A program made the translations under genes and the position numbers. Below, piece by piece: positions 20,801 through 31,200 of a stretch of 64,000 nucleotides of DNA (position 1 is its first letter; every line of letters begins with the position of its first letter). The stretch lies in the IMG/VR virus record IMGVR_UViG_3300046333_000090; one strand, written 5' to 3'. The notes beneath the pieces are model-generated. The model ran no database searches. It had not been told where the DNA came from and saw only the letters and a program-made list of their open reading frames with translations. Source of the stretch: a virus.

Positions 20801-23175
20801 ACTCTACCGAATTCAACATTGACAGAAAATTTAGCACCACTACCAGTAGTATTGATTACCTTTAATTCTGGACTAGTGAAGTAGTTTATACCACTATTTT
20901 CTACCGATACGGACACAATTACTCCCAATTCTACCACTATACTAAATACCACTCCACTACCAGATTTTAAATATACTTCTGGAGTGGCAGAATATACATC
21001 GGTGTTTGGGATGGCTAATGATTTGTAGTTGATAGGATCAAAGTCAACATCTGATAGTTCTGTAGGTAGAAAATAATATTTACCTACAAAACCAGATATA
21101 TACACGTTTGTAGTGGGAATAGTTAATGGAGTTAGATATTTCCCACCATTAACTATTTTTATTTCTGGGATCTCTGTATACCATTTACCAGGATTTTTTA
21201 TTATTATTCCATTAATTACTCCACTCACATCATAATCAACTTCCAACTCCATATCTATCCCAGTAACATCATTAATATTTCTGGTGACAATTACTTCTGG
21301 CTTTTTATTATATCCACTCAATAAATCTTGGCTGATACCATCCAATGTTATTCTCTTCAAACTTCCATATATTTTTATAATATTGCTGTAATTCTGAGTA
21401 TTAACATACAACTCTGGAATAGATTCATTAATTCTATTCGGTAAAAAATAATCATCCCCATTACTAATAATATCGATATTAGTCAAGTTACCATAGTCAA
21501 TAGTTGCCCCTTTATAACTACAAATTTCTACCCCATTGGTGGTTAAGCCAATACCTTTATTGGTTGGACTTGGTTCGACTATATTATTTTTGATAAATCT
21601 TTTCAGGATAGTTTGTTCCGAAAATGATCTAGTATTCGTAGTACTTACTGGCTTACCATCAGCAGTAATATACATATAATCATCAGTATCATATATACCA
21701 TAAATATTACTCCACACATTGTATTCGGTAGCATCTTTAGTGATTGGAGATATACTATCAAAGATACTATCATTTTTATACCCACTGGCACCATCTAAAA
21801 TCACGGCACCCGACCCACTACTAATTACTGAAAACTGACATTTTTTGTTGCCGGAACTCAATTCAACGGTAGCTGTACGATATTGATTATCGCTATAAAT
21901 TCTATACAATTTTACCACATCTTCGCCAACCATACTATAATTTTGCGTACCAGGAATCAATACATTTCTCGTAATACCAATCAGTTTATTGATAGTCTTA
22001 GATGTATAATTTATATACTCACCATTTAGACTGACTGTACCAGCAGTAGGAAATCCAATAGTAGAATCAACAATAATATCAGTTCCTACTATTGGAATTA
22101 ATTTGGTAGTTGGTGGCACATATAGTGAGTTATTTTTATCAGTGATAATCTTGACTATTACTCTTTCATTATCCCGATAAACTACACTTAAATCCGAGGT
22201 ATAAATACTTATTTTATTCTGTGTTAATACAATATTCTTCTCTGATCTGATCTGCTCAAAATTGGTAGTGGTATCATTTAATTCTAATAATATTTCAGAA
22301 TATACACTGTTGTCAGAATTTGTTTTAATCGTATACTCGTACGGTAATATTACAGAAGGTTCTTCGGTAGTAATATCTATATTGTTTATTACTGCTGTAC
22401 AATTGGTACTAGTTATAGACTCACCAATTCTAAAACTTTTATCAGTTTCGTTCAAATATAATTCATTTATATCGGGGTTCCAATATGTAATTTTACCCTT
22501 CGCGCCACTAATACTGCCAGTAACAATAGAATTGATATCAAAATCACGTTCAAGAATTACTACATTATTATTGTTGTTGTATAGAGTACCAGGATTTACT
22601 ATGGACACCGCAGTAATCACTCCAGCGACTATATTATCTATTTGCAAAACCGCATCAGTACCAGCACCAATCACATCAATTGTTGGTTTGAAATTGTTGT
22701 TATAGCCAGAACCGCCATTAATTATAGTAGCAGTAGCTACGCTGCCATTCAACACTTCTAACAATACTACCGCACCAGAACCTCTCAGCAGTACTTTAAT
22801 TTTGGTGGTAGTGTCATCGAACAACAATTTGAATAACGTTTTGATCGATTCCTCAGTACCTTTGCTGGTGTTGAAATCTTTGATGTGGGGTATTAATGTC
22901 GAGTAATTGATTTTAGGATTCAATTTTTGTGGTAGATTTCCTAGATATTTGTATCTAAACTGGTCTAAGATCAGGTTTTGTTTATCTGTAAGATCTTGTA
23001 TTTTATAGTTTTGAATATTGTAGTACTCAATCAGATTGTTCATCAGATCCAAATTGCCCAACGGCTGTTCTTGAGACTTGTAGTATTCCTCAATGAATTG
23101 TACAAATTTAGGGTAACTCTCTACAATGTGATCTGGTAATAGTGATGAGACGGTGAGACTACTAGTTACTTTCAT
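17869..23175 (-). CDS. baseplate wedge initiator (gp7-like) with a YHYH-type domain
   Basis: N-terminal LPDHIVESYPKFVQFIEEYY...KGTEESIKTLFKLLF; HSPIIGWAFDGVPIYG; GSGY/G.GA beta repeats; TATAAATA upstream. Confidence 0.75.
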   Translation of the reverse strand: MKVTSSLTVSSLLPDHIVESYPKFVQFIEEYYKSQEQPLGNLDLMNNLIEYYNIQNYKIQDLTDKQNLILDQFRYKYLGNLPQKLNPKINYSTLIPHIKDFNTSKGTEESIKTLFKLLFDDTTTKIKVLLRGSGAVVLLEVLNGSVATATIINGGSGYNNNFKPTIDVIGAGTDAVLQIDNIVAGVITAVSIVNPGTLYNNNNNVVILERDFDINSIVTGSISGAKGKITYWNPDINELYLNETDKSFRIGESITSTNCTAVINNIDITTEEPSVILPYEYTIKTNSDNSVYSEILLELNDTTTNFEQIRSEKNIVLTQNKISIYTSDLSVVYRDNERVIVKIITDKNNSLYVPPTTKLIPIVGTDIIVDSTIGFPTAGTVSLNGEYINYTSKTINKLIGITRNVLIPGTQNYSMVGEDVVKLYRIYSDNQYRTATVELSSGNKKCQFSVISSGSGAVILDGASGYKNDSIFDSISPITKDATEYNVWSNIYGIYDTDDYMYITADGKPVSTTNTRSFSEQTILKRFIKNNIVEPSPTNKGIGLTTNGVEICSYKGATIDYGNLTNIDIISNGDDYFLPNRINESIPELYVNTQNYSNIIKIYGSLKRITLDGISQDLLSGYNKKPEVIVTRNINDVTGIDMELEVDYDVSGVINGIIIKNPGKWYTEIPEIKIVNGGKYLTPLTIPTTNVYISGFVGKYYFLPTELSDVDFDPINYKSLAIPNTDVYSATPEVYLKSGSGVVFSIVVELGVIVSVSVENSGINYFTSPELKVINTTGSGAKFSVNVEFGRVVSVEVINGGSSYFNNPTLVVNYFPNSAVFAATINSWTYNIANNAPIDSTGGYVYNQGDSGVGESNLPDTNFSPQYLQLVHIEPVRTVHSPIIGWAFDGVPIYGAYVDAPRGGVDKLYSSWTLKITTSTNRPTAPLGTFIEDYEYIGGVLDEYNGVFAYTPEFPEGRYCYFATDAFPYFVGNQYKYKFDSYNHLKLQNNCNIPSGSIRIYNDEVKFPSPNNKIYPYLAKVDNISYGAIDDYLIEIPGINYAVGDIIKFEDVNIKIIVSAVSNTGGIIGVNIIDNGINLESIPPHTILSQYGVGAVIIFRSDTIGTIKNIKNITNGDGFGGDPTINYSVDSDVILDIKFNNTITDFIIITNGIGYTENSVVLNNQFSASLVVANSVISRIDIIESDNYFESIPIVSISIGIGATIIPILSKSDINTSIVYYGLTRNNYVAKGKINLYNKIASTLQVKSLFGKFVVNNDYFLWDESGRKIGKIHNVRTAELICTPTSNKTIQDFTDNLDSIITSNNVIADNLTHQQYSYSIKSPHSLIEWKNFVVDNVHMLGNKIYSIYSIDNIVKMYLHRETQINNVIDYKINIENILSILAEKNETDFVINIDSLPEDLYKNTKFKKQYFDYIWNDNDYVHSNYSSFINYDYGDLVWLTENHNRLILEKINSNTVLATDYSIIKFNNLVSRIASNSILYINGVTQHPSYDYSVANNNVTIHQTINDLSDRVSILNLPSSFLTYTDKKVLTNSNTTTLTTNTNLFVPVDVSKLIMFVNNVPNNEFSIVGNNVVFTQNITGTAYGVYSDNFTALNLVSLTNKIYTITNNPTNRNIILFVNGVIQPSANYTTTSTTLTVNSTDFITHLSAWIVDDTIGVDDVYSIVYNSNNDKDVIPAEFKFNIVGGELTGVDIVYAGLHYPRYMMLAVEGVADPAKILLECLNGSIVRAKIIDAGSGLTNTNYTTKLYYYGQIESEHYCMIESDVSIIV

Positions 23176-23347
23176 TTAATAAATTTGATACTTTTATTCA
23201 TATTCATATTTATAGTTATCATGCGTGTAATTATTAAATTTAATAAATGACCTTCTAAAATCAATTAGAAGGTCATTATTTTTATGATTTGGTACTAGTA
23301 GTGATTATTTAAATTATCGTGCCTTACAGGGCATTCTAGACCCCCCC

Positions 23348-23772
23348 TCAGTGTATGTATGATGTGTTTAAGATATCTAACAATAGACAAAATTGATGGA
23401 ATGATAATTTCAACATATCATTTAAAATAAACCAACTATGTCTTTTTTTGGGGTCACTAATCCACTTCACTTCACTTGTTTTTTAGTCAATTCTAATTCT
23501 GTTTGATATTTTAATAAAAACTCACCAGATATAAATTCTGGCAAGTTTAATTCTGTATATGCCTTATCAGAGATATTATTATAATAATATCTCCATTTAA
23601 AATACAAAGAATTCATTCCATTGTCCTCATTCTTCTTAATAGAATACCCAGTAGTAATTCCTAGTATTCCCTCTGCACATAGGCAAGTTTGATCATTTTT
23701 ATCAACCAAACTACAAAACCCTTGTTTATATTTTGCGAAGTTGTCTTTCAGTTCTTGTAATTTGTTAATCAT
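23348..23772 (-). pseudogene. frameshifted member of the four-gene MINKL..LKENFAKY family
   Basis: A 5-nt duplication (AAGTG) near 23465 breaks the frame; removing it restores ...HSWFILNDMLKLSFHQFCLLLDILN. Confidence 0.75.
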
Positions 23773-23841
23773 GATAATTTACTCAAAAAAATTAGTTTAT
23801 GTGACTTGAGGGACACTCTAGAACTAGTAGGGGGAGCATAT

Positions 23842-24252
23842 TTATTGTTCATTCAATAAATCTAGCAGCAAAGAAAATTGGGAGAAGGTTAAGTTAATAT
23901 AATCATTAATATCATGCCAAAAAAATGAATCAAATTCTTTATTAATGCTAACAATTTGAAATTTTGTTAATTTTAATTGTTTTTGATGAGTTAATAATAA
24001 AGTTTTAGGAATGGGGTTGGGTAAATTTAATTGTTGATACACACTGCCAGGTATAGTACTATAATAGTATCCTCCATCCAATAGTATCATTTTTATATTA
24101 TTGTGCATAGGAACATTAGCAATTGTTCCCCCCACAGTAATTGCTAATACCCCTTCAGCACATAGAGAACACCCATCAAGAGACACCAATCTTCGGTGAT
24201 ATTGATTATATTTGGCGAAATTCTCTTTTAATTGTTCTAATTTATTAATCAT
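23842..24252 (-). CDS. hypothetical protein, tandem paralog family
   Basis: MINKLEQLKENFAKY...LCAEG...LTFSQF.LLLD.LN. Confidence 0.8.
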   Translation of the reverse strand: MINKLEQLKENFAKYNQYHRRLVSLDGCSLCAEGVLAITVGGTIANVPMHNNIKMILLDGGYYYSTIPGSVYQQLNLPNPIPKTLLLTHQKQLKLTKFQIVSINKEFDSFFWHDINDYINLTFSQFSLLLDLLNEQ

Positions 24253-24269
24253 GATATATATATATCTAT

Positions 24270-24677
24270 CTATAATTTGTTCAGGATGTCCAGCAGTAAA
24301 ATAAATTGTGGAAAGGTTAATCTGACAATATCGTTTAGATTTGCCCAAGAAATGAGAGAATTAAGACTTTGTAGCATATCTATTTGTCTCGAAGTTAGTT
24401 GTAATTTTTTTGCCCACCAAAGAAGTTCAATTTTTGTTATATATTTGGGTAAATTTAACTCTGTATAATGGTAGCTGGGTATAGAAAACTCAAAATAGCA
24501 ACTATTTTCTTCTTCGTAAACCATATCGTCAGAAAATGAATATTGTTTTTTGATAATTAAACCATTAGATATAGCCAAAATAGCCTCTGCACACAGGCAT
24601 TCGCCAGTCACTAATTTACAAAATCCTTGTTCATATTTGGCAAAATTCTCTTTTAATTGTTCTAATTTATTAATCAT
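24270..24677 (-). CDS. hypothetical protein, tandem paralog family
   Basis: Same conserved termini and CAE motif. Confidence 0.8.
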   Translation of the reverse strand: MINKLEQLKENFAKYEQGFCKLVTGECLCAEAILAISNGLIIKKQYSFSDDMVYEEENSCYFEFSIPSYHYTELNLPKYITKIELLWWAKKLQLTSRQIDMLQSLNSLISWANLNDIVRLTFPQFILLLDILNKL

Positions 24678-25101
24678 GATATATATATAGTTTGTCCAGA
24701 ATGTCCAGCAGTAAAATAAATTGGGAAAAAGTTAATCTGACCCCATCGTTCAAAGATGCCCAACAAATTTGTTCGCCTTCCTGCATAATAGCCTTAATTT
24801 GCTTTTTTGTCAACTTTAATTGTTCCCCCCATCCTATTAATTTTGATGTAGATATAAGCAACGGCAAATCTAAATTATCATAGATATTATGAGGAATATT
24901 CAAATATAGATATACCCCATTAATACAAAACATGGAGACGTTATGTTCTGGATGAATTTTGATGTCAAGACCAGCAGTAAGTCCTAAAATTCCTTCTGCA
25001 CAAAACTCGTATCCATCTTCATCTGTATTTCTCATCAACCTGCCGTATGTTTGTTCAAATGTGGCGAAGTTTTCTTTTAATTTGGTTATTTTTTCAATCA
25101 T
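24670..25101 (-). CDS. hypothetical protein, tandem paralog family
   Basis: Same conserved termini and CAEG motif. Confidence 0.8.
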   Translation of the reverse strand: MIEKITKLKENFATFEQTYGRLMRNTDEDGYEFCAEGILGLTAGLDIKIHPEHNVSMFCINGVYLYLNIPHNIYDNLDLPLLISTSKLIGWGEQLKLTKKQIKAIMQEGEQICWASLNDGVRLTFSQFILLLDILDKLYIYHD

Positions 25102-25145
25102 GATGCTTTCCTCAAAAAATTAATTTTCGTGCGTTGTAGGGCATT

Positions 25146-25352
25146 CTAGCGGTGTTTGGGAAGATATTCTCGCAGTCTGTCCATCTGTTTTAGTTCTTCT
25201 TTGTTTAATGTTGGTTGTAGCACATTAAAAAACTCTACCATTGCTGTTGCTTGTTGTGCTGCACTCTTAGCTGGTAGATCATCTTCGTAATATGCGATTT
25301 CACTTGCTAGGAGTAGTTTAAAGATATTTTCTGCCAGTTGTTTGTCAATCAT
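25146..25352 (-). CDS. hypothetical protein
   Basis: 68-aa helical ORF with TGTTATATACT promoter upstream. Confidence 0.6.
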   Translation of the reverse strand: MIDKQLAENIFKLLLASEIAYYEDDLPAKSAAQQATAMVEFFNVLQPTLNKEELKQMDRLREYLPKHR

Positions 25353-25402
25353 ATATTAATAATGTTGGCTTATTACTAGTATATAACAGATTCTCGTTTT
25401 TG

Positions 25403-25741
25403 TCAAGATAAATCACGAAAAAACTCACCAATTTCTATTTTTTTCCTTTTTATTGAACTAAATAATTTAGGGACTACCCAACCTTGTCTATATCTGGAAT
25501 GTATTGTATTGTAGCTTAGATTAAATGCAATGCACCATTCGCGCAAAGTTTGTTTTTTTTTAATTGGTACGAATTCCCTGTTGCAATATTCACATACTTT
25601 TGATTTCTTTTGATATATATATATATTATGAAATTTTTTATAATCTGATAAATTTTGATATCCATGAGATTTAACATGAAATCTTAAATTATATTTGTCA
25701 TAGAAGTTATTACAATTAACACATATTACACTATTTAACAT
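25403..25741 (-). pseudogene. degenerate homing-endonuclease-like gene (Zn fingers plus HTH, nuclease core missing)
   Basis: CVNC...H, CEYC and QTLREWC.....YNTI.SR...GW modules fused; lies right after terL piece 1. Confidence 0.5.
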
Positions 25742-25844
25742 AACAGTTAATTTATAAGATAATATAATTATTATAACACAAATCCCCAGAGTTATCCAGG
25801 GATTTGTGTTATGTGTTATTCAGTTTTACATGATGAGGCTTATA

Positions 25845-26266
25845 CTATATGGAGTTGAAATATTCTGCAATAGTTATAATTTTTACTTCATCGGTAATTC
25901 GGTTTTTGATGGTGATTGCGGTGTCACCTGTAACACATTTCCCGCTTTGACGAGGTTGTCCCCAATATTAGCTAACCAGTTTATTGATTATGCGGCAATC
26001 GGGGACAAAAAAGGATACTTAACGACAACGAAGCGGTTGCGGTCAAACGTCTTCAGCAATTTTTCCTGATATTTATAAAGTTTTATATTTGTCAACCCTT
26101 TATCCAATGTAACGATTTTGATGTAATTATTTGCAAAATAATTTATATCTTTTTTGCACTTCATAAATTCGTTTACATTATCCTCATCAAATTCTATGTC
26201 TACACCAATTCTTTTTAGGAGCGGATTCGATTGAAAAGAGTTTTCCAGTTCTTTTTTTCTTGCCAT
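25845..26266 (-). CDS. terL: large terminase gp17 piece 1 (residues 1-90, ending at Walker A RQSGK) plus a 30-aa split-intein N-fragment; interrupted by a 59-nt coding gap
   Basis: MARKK...NPLLKR...KCKKDINYFANNYIKIVTLDKGL...YQEKLL...NRFVVVKYP, then 59 nt later CCT CGT CAA AGC GGG AAA TGT GTT ACA GGT GAC ACC = P-RQSGK|CVTGDTAITIKNRITDEVKIITIAEYFNSI*; TATAAATA at 26309-26302. Confidence 0.9.
25953..26011 (-). other. 59-nt hairpin coding gap between matched CCT codons in terL
   Basis: TTTTTGTCCCCGATTGCCGCATAATCAATAAACTGGTTAGCTAATATTGGGGACAACCT; arms TTGTCCCCGAT/ATTGGGGACAA; stop codons in all three frames. Confidence 0.85.
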
Positions 26267-26350
26267 TTTTATTTTTGCTTGGATAAGTGTTTGAGTAATA
26301 ATATTTATACGCAATATAAATAAAAATAAAATATGGCAACATATAAAAAT

Positions 26351-27148
26351 TTAGCCTATCATGAATATAGGATATTCCTCCCATTCTGATGACATTTTCG
26401 CCAAAAATGCTTCTTTTTCTCGAACACCGTCGTTGTATAGTGAGTCAGCGTTAAACATCACCCCACTAGGAAGTTGTATATTAGAAAATTTTCTTAGATT
26501 TTGCCCAAATTGTATTTTGACAAGTATTGCGAAATATTCTTTGACGAATCTATCATTATATATCTTCGCAAATTGAACAGGATCGAGTGCGCGTTGACAC
26601 TGAATAATTATAAAACGATCTAACATTGATTCAATATCAAAATCTAGATATAATCTACCATTATTTCTATTAAATTTAATAGCAGTTTCCGCATTCAATA
26701 TATTTATAATGTTTTCAATGCTTTGACGTAGTAGATAAATATCAGTCAGATCTAACATCTGACCACCATAAAAGTTAAACTGTTCCATTATGAAGAATTC
26801 GGGGGATCGACCGAACATGTCATGTAGGTAATTATTATTTGTTCTGGCAACACTAGTAATGCCAATTATATAGTCAGGAACTATTAAAAAGTTTTGATTG
26901 TCAAAGAATGACAATCCACCAGGATTCAATATTTGTGTGTGTGTCTTTTTGTTATCAATATCTTGCTGTGTAATTTTATATTTAAGATACACCTCTTCTG
27001 TGCCGTCATACACACGATCCTGGTATAGTTGGAGTACGTCATCAAGAAGTTGTTCTAACTGGGAATTCTCTACATTTATTTCTATTAGTGGCGCACCTAA
27101 TTTCTTTTTTGCGTAATCAAACAATGCTGTGCGAGAATTTATTGACAT
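26351..27148 (-). CDS. gp13: neck protein gp13
   Basis: LFDYAKKKLGAPLIEINV...YDGTEEVYLKY...QFGQNLRKFSNIQLPSGV...PIFMIG. Confidence 0.92.
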   Translation of the reverse strand: MSINSRTALFDYAKKKLGAPLIEINVENSQLEQLLDDVLQLYQDRVYDGTEEVYLKYKITQQDIDNKKTHTQILNPGGLSFFDNQNFLIVPDYIIGITSVARTNNNYLHDMFGRSPEFFIMEQFNFYGGQMLDLTDIYLLRQSIENIINILNAETAIKFNRNNGRLYLDFDIESMLDRFIIIQCQRALDPVQFAKIYNDRFVKEYFAILVKIQFGQNLRKFSNIQLPSGVMFNADSLYNDGVREKEAFLAKMSSEWEEYPIFMIG

Positions 27149-27176
27149 TTTATTAAATTTAATAATTTTGTGTTAG

Positions 27177-27584
27177 TTAGGGAAAATTTCCCCCGTCTAT
27201 AAAATAGTCATTATCACCATCATTAGTTGGTGGTATAGCTGTATTTAATATGTCAGTCACCCCTTGAGTCACGGTTATTGTGCCAGAATATAATCTGTAT
27301 ACTGTGTTTGTATCTACTAATGTCGATATATCATATACATATTGCCCAGTCGCCATACTAGAGGTAGTAAGATTAGTCAACTCTATAGTAAATTCTCCTA
27401 ATAATGGATTAGTTTTATTACATAATATATATATAGTTTCTGAAGAATTGTACACTCCTTGTATTGCTCCAGAAATTGCCCAACTGGTAATGTCTTTTGG
27501 TGAGCGATTATCATTCAATATCTTGATTGTTTCTAGAAACGTTGAAAACTGTTTAACTTCATAATTCTTTATAATGGTTTTCAT
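27177..27584 (-). CDS. small virion structural protein (T4-like cyanophage family)
   Basis: ...GQYVYDI......VYRLYSGTITVTQGVT pattern. Confidence 0.65.
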   Translation of the reverse strand: MKTIIKNYEVKQFSTFLETIKILNDNRSPKDITSWAISGAIQGVYNSSETIYILCNKTNPLLGEFTIELTNLTTSSMATGQYVYDISTLVDTNTVYRLYSGTITVTQGVTDILNTAIPPTNDGDNDYFIDGGNFP

Positions 27585-27796
27585 TTTTGTAGTAATTGTT
27601 TTAATAGTGTTGTTATTTCTAATAAACTTTCTGACAACTCTATTACAGAAATTTCTAAATTAACTAATCTGAGATTATTGTTTTGAATATTAGCAAGATT
27701 ATCTATATATTGTTTATACATATCACTATCTTGTAATAGTATAGCACCAGTAATAGGGTCTTTACATAATGATGGTTCAGAGATTATCTTGTACAT
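27581..27796 (-). CDS. conserved small T4-like protein
   Basis: LCKDPITGAILL...Y..Y followed by a coiled coil, typical of the gene after VrlC-like genes. Confidence 0.6.
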   Translation of the reverse strand: MYKIISEPSLCKDPITGAILLQDSDMYKQYIDNLANIQNNNLRLVNLEISVIELSESLLEITTLLKQLLQK

Positions 27797-27857
27797 AGTT
27801 ATAATGCTGTATTTATTATATATTTATGTTATAATGATTATATCGTTTATTATTAGT

Positions 27858-28165
27858 ATGGCAAAACTTCGATAAATATAACATATGCCAATGGCAGTAG
27901 CTATAAAACACAAGTTATTATGCCAAGAGTAAATGGTAAGCAAATAAATTTTACTTCTAAAGATCTTAATTCCCTCCAGAATATTCATTTTCAGTTTGGT
28001 ACAGAATCAGGATTAGTGTCTCCAGAACGATACCTCAAAGAAACTCCTAACTGGTTGCCCGATTCTACTATCCAATTCTCACTAGAACAGCAGAATAAAC
28101 TAGACCAATTAATTGAAGCACATTTAGAAAATCAGGCATCTTGGGATAAGCCTATTAGATTCTAA
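27858..28165 (+). pseudogene. internally deleted HNH family copy (copy 3; only the C-terminal part is left)
   Basis: MPRVNGKQINF...LIEAHLENQASWDKPI matches the paralog C-termini; HNH core absent. Confidence 0.85.
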
Positions 28166-28277
28166 GAGGGGTCTGGAATGCCCCACAATGCACGATAACT
28201 ATAAATACGAGTGCTAGTGTCATAATCATAAAAATATGACCTTCTAAAAATCAATTAGAAGGTCATATTTTTGTATA

Positions 28278-31200
28278 TTAAGAAGCAGTACTGATAATTC
28301 TAAGATTTTTTATGGTTGGGTACGATGCTTGATTGTCAGATTTACAAACAATCTTGATTTGAAATTTTTTGTATTGTGGTATGTTTCGTAATTCAAATCT
28401 AAACTCTTTAAAATCACTATTGGCTGGGTATACAATAGATGGAACCAATACAAAGTTATTATTATCAAAATTAGGAGAATTGTCTTCTCTGGATAACTTT
28501 AGATATACTTCAATACTCTCACTGGCGTTTCTAGTTGCATCCAATATGATAGTAATTGCTTGCGACGGAAGAATTAATGATATAGGTTTAGTGATGTATA
28601 CGAATGATGACATAATATAATTAGGTAACAACTCATTCCCAGCAACATTATTAATTATATTGGTGGTAGCTACTACAGAACATTTATCATAGTCAATAAT
28701 TGGTGAGATATTTTCGTTACTGGTGGACATATCTATATTTAATTTCATAGATTTGGTGCCCAATATCGCTTCATTATCGGTAGATGCCACCAATAATGGT
28801 TTGTTGAAATTAGTAGTTTTATCTATAGACAGATCAGAAGTAAATGGAATATATGATGGTTGGATTAGATTAGTACTAGAAATACTAGTTCCAGTAGTGG
28901 CGATTAATGATAAATTAACATTAGTTTCTGGGAAATATTTATAAGATATGTTTGGTGTGACTGATTCATATTGGTGATTGACAGAAACACTAATATTATC
29001 CCCACCACAAACATTCGTATAATTGGCACTAGAAATAGCGTATACCCCAAAATTATCTAAATCAATTGGTACAATCGAAGTAAAGGTTTTATTTAATTCT
29101 ACTAGTGGAATACCATTTATAGAATAAATCTCTACTACACTATTTGTTAAATGCTGAATGATTGAAGTGTTATTCTTACCTCTACCACCAGCAGGGATAG
29201 TGATTAATTTTGTGCCATTATTCACATTAATATATGATAGGATCTCATCATCTATTTTGATATAACCTGGATTGGTGATAGATATTGGTAGATTATTTAT
29301 AAATTGAGGTACCAATTCAGGAGTTTCTACTGGTATCGTTGTAGCCACTGTATACTGAGTGTCAGAAATAATATCAGTCAATATAGTTGGAATATAATTA
29401 GACACTATATTCTTTATAGTCACACTGTTATTAGTGGTGTGCATCCCATGATTTTTGGAATATACACTAACTAAGTTGCTATTTTTTGTTGTGGTTATAT
29501 AATTTCCAATAATTTCTGGGAGATTGTCTTCATTATTAAAATTAATATTTCCAGTCAAACTAAATTTTGCTTTATTCAACTTGAATTTTATCGATTTCTT
29601 ATTGTCTGCGATCCAATTTTTATAGTTTTGTGGGACGTATAGATTGGAAATATTAGGATTTTTGATTGAAACTATATCAGTTGTATTTTTTACTTCAAAG
29701 TCATTACTGAATATTTCATAATTATTTGAGTTAGATAGTACACAAATACAATATTGAGTATTGTCCTTTAAGTATACCATATTATTAAATTTAATAATAG
29801 TAGGCGTATTTCCATCACTACTGGTAACTATATCTTTTGTATTTACGCTTATTTCTGAGTATGGTAGAATAGTTTCAGTAGGATAGTTATTTTCAACAGT
29901 TCTCAACTGAACTATTAAAGGGATGAAATTATCTTTTTTGTTGAAGAATAGTTCTAATGAGGTGATAAAGCAGCCACCAACAATATTGTTATTAAATGAT
30001 TGAGTTATTGGACTATTCCAACCATTATTGTTGATGATATTACCATTGATCTGATTTTGAATTATGTTAGTGTCATTATTTTCAGGAATGCTTAGTGAGA
30101 TGATGTCTTTAGTTTCGATGTTAGAATTGCCACCACACTGAAATATGGTTTTAGCAAATGTAGTATTACCAATTGCGGATAACACTAGTGTTCCTACTGA
30201 AAATTTGTAATCGCTTTTAGTTGGGTTGGGAATAAATACATTTCCTGCAAAATTACCATTGTCATCACTAATGATATCAGTGTTTGTCAAAATTGCAATT
30301 GCCCCCGAAGTTTGTCCAATGATGTATGTGCCGACTCCAATATCCTCCACATTAAACTGATACCCGTCATTCCAATTTATTTTTATGGTGTTAGTGGTGC
30401 CAGTGTACACTCCACTAGATAAACTATCTACTTTGGCGGATATATAATTTGATAGTACTGTTGGCTGATATCTTGAACCTGTTAATACTCTAGTATTGAC
30501 ATTTCTCCACAACAATTTTTCACCAACTACAAATGATATAGTATTAGTGCCATTAGTACCATCCTTTTTAATTACACAAGTAGAGGGTACTACTAGATCT
30601 GTAATATTTTTTGAATTTATATATACATCCAGTTTAGTGTTTGGTTTTAGTGCATCTATATTTATTTTTATAGTTTGTTGTTTTAAGTAATTGTTGGTGT
30701 TAGTATTTTTCTTAGTAGATTTGTTGCTGGTGATAGGCAACCAATTTTCTTTGTCAGAGTAATCTCCATAAAACCAATTGTCAGAACTAGGATGAGTGTT
30801 TATAACACCTTCCCAATTATTCAACGCATATGGATTGACCTTCAATACATAATTTTTGTTATTTTGTTCGATAAATGTTGCCTCAGTATATGGTAGACTG
30901 ATTAAATTATTGCTTATTTTGTAACTACCATTATTAATTTTCAATTTTATATTTTTACTTGCAGTCTTTGGTACTAAAGTTTGATCATCGGGATTTATGC
31001 TGCTTTTATATGCTAAATTACTTATGTCGGATAATTGGTAATTTAAAAATTCATCTACCACAAATCCAGTCTTTAGTCGAACTATTCCAGTATTGTCTAG
31101 TAATACTGTATTATTGGCAGTAGATTCTAATTTGTTTAATGCTATTTCATTTTCTGTATTTTTTATTCTTTTTTCTAAATTTCCAATATCTTCCATAGTG

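Noticed and set aside
25953-26011. Group I/II self-splicing intron or simple -1/+1 frameshift as explanation of the terL gap
   Set aside because: 59 nt is far too short for a ribozyme core, no exact-excision register ends in G, and all three frames contain a stop.
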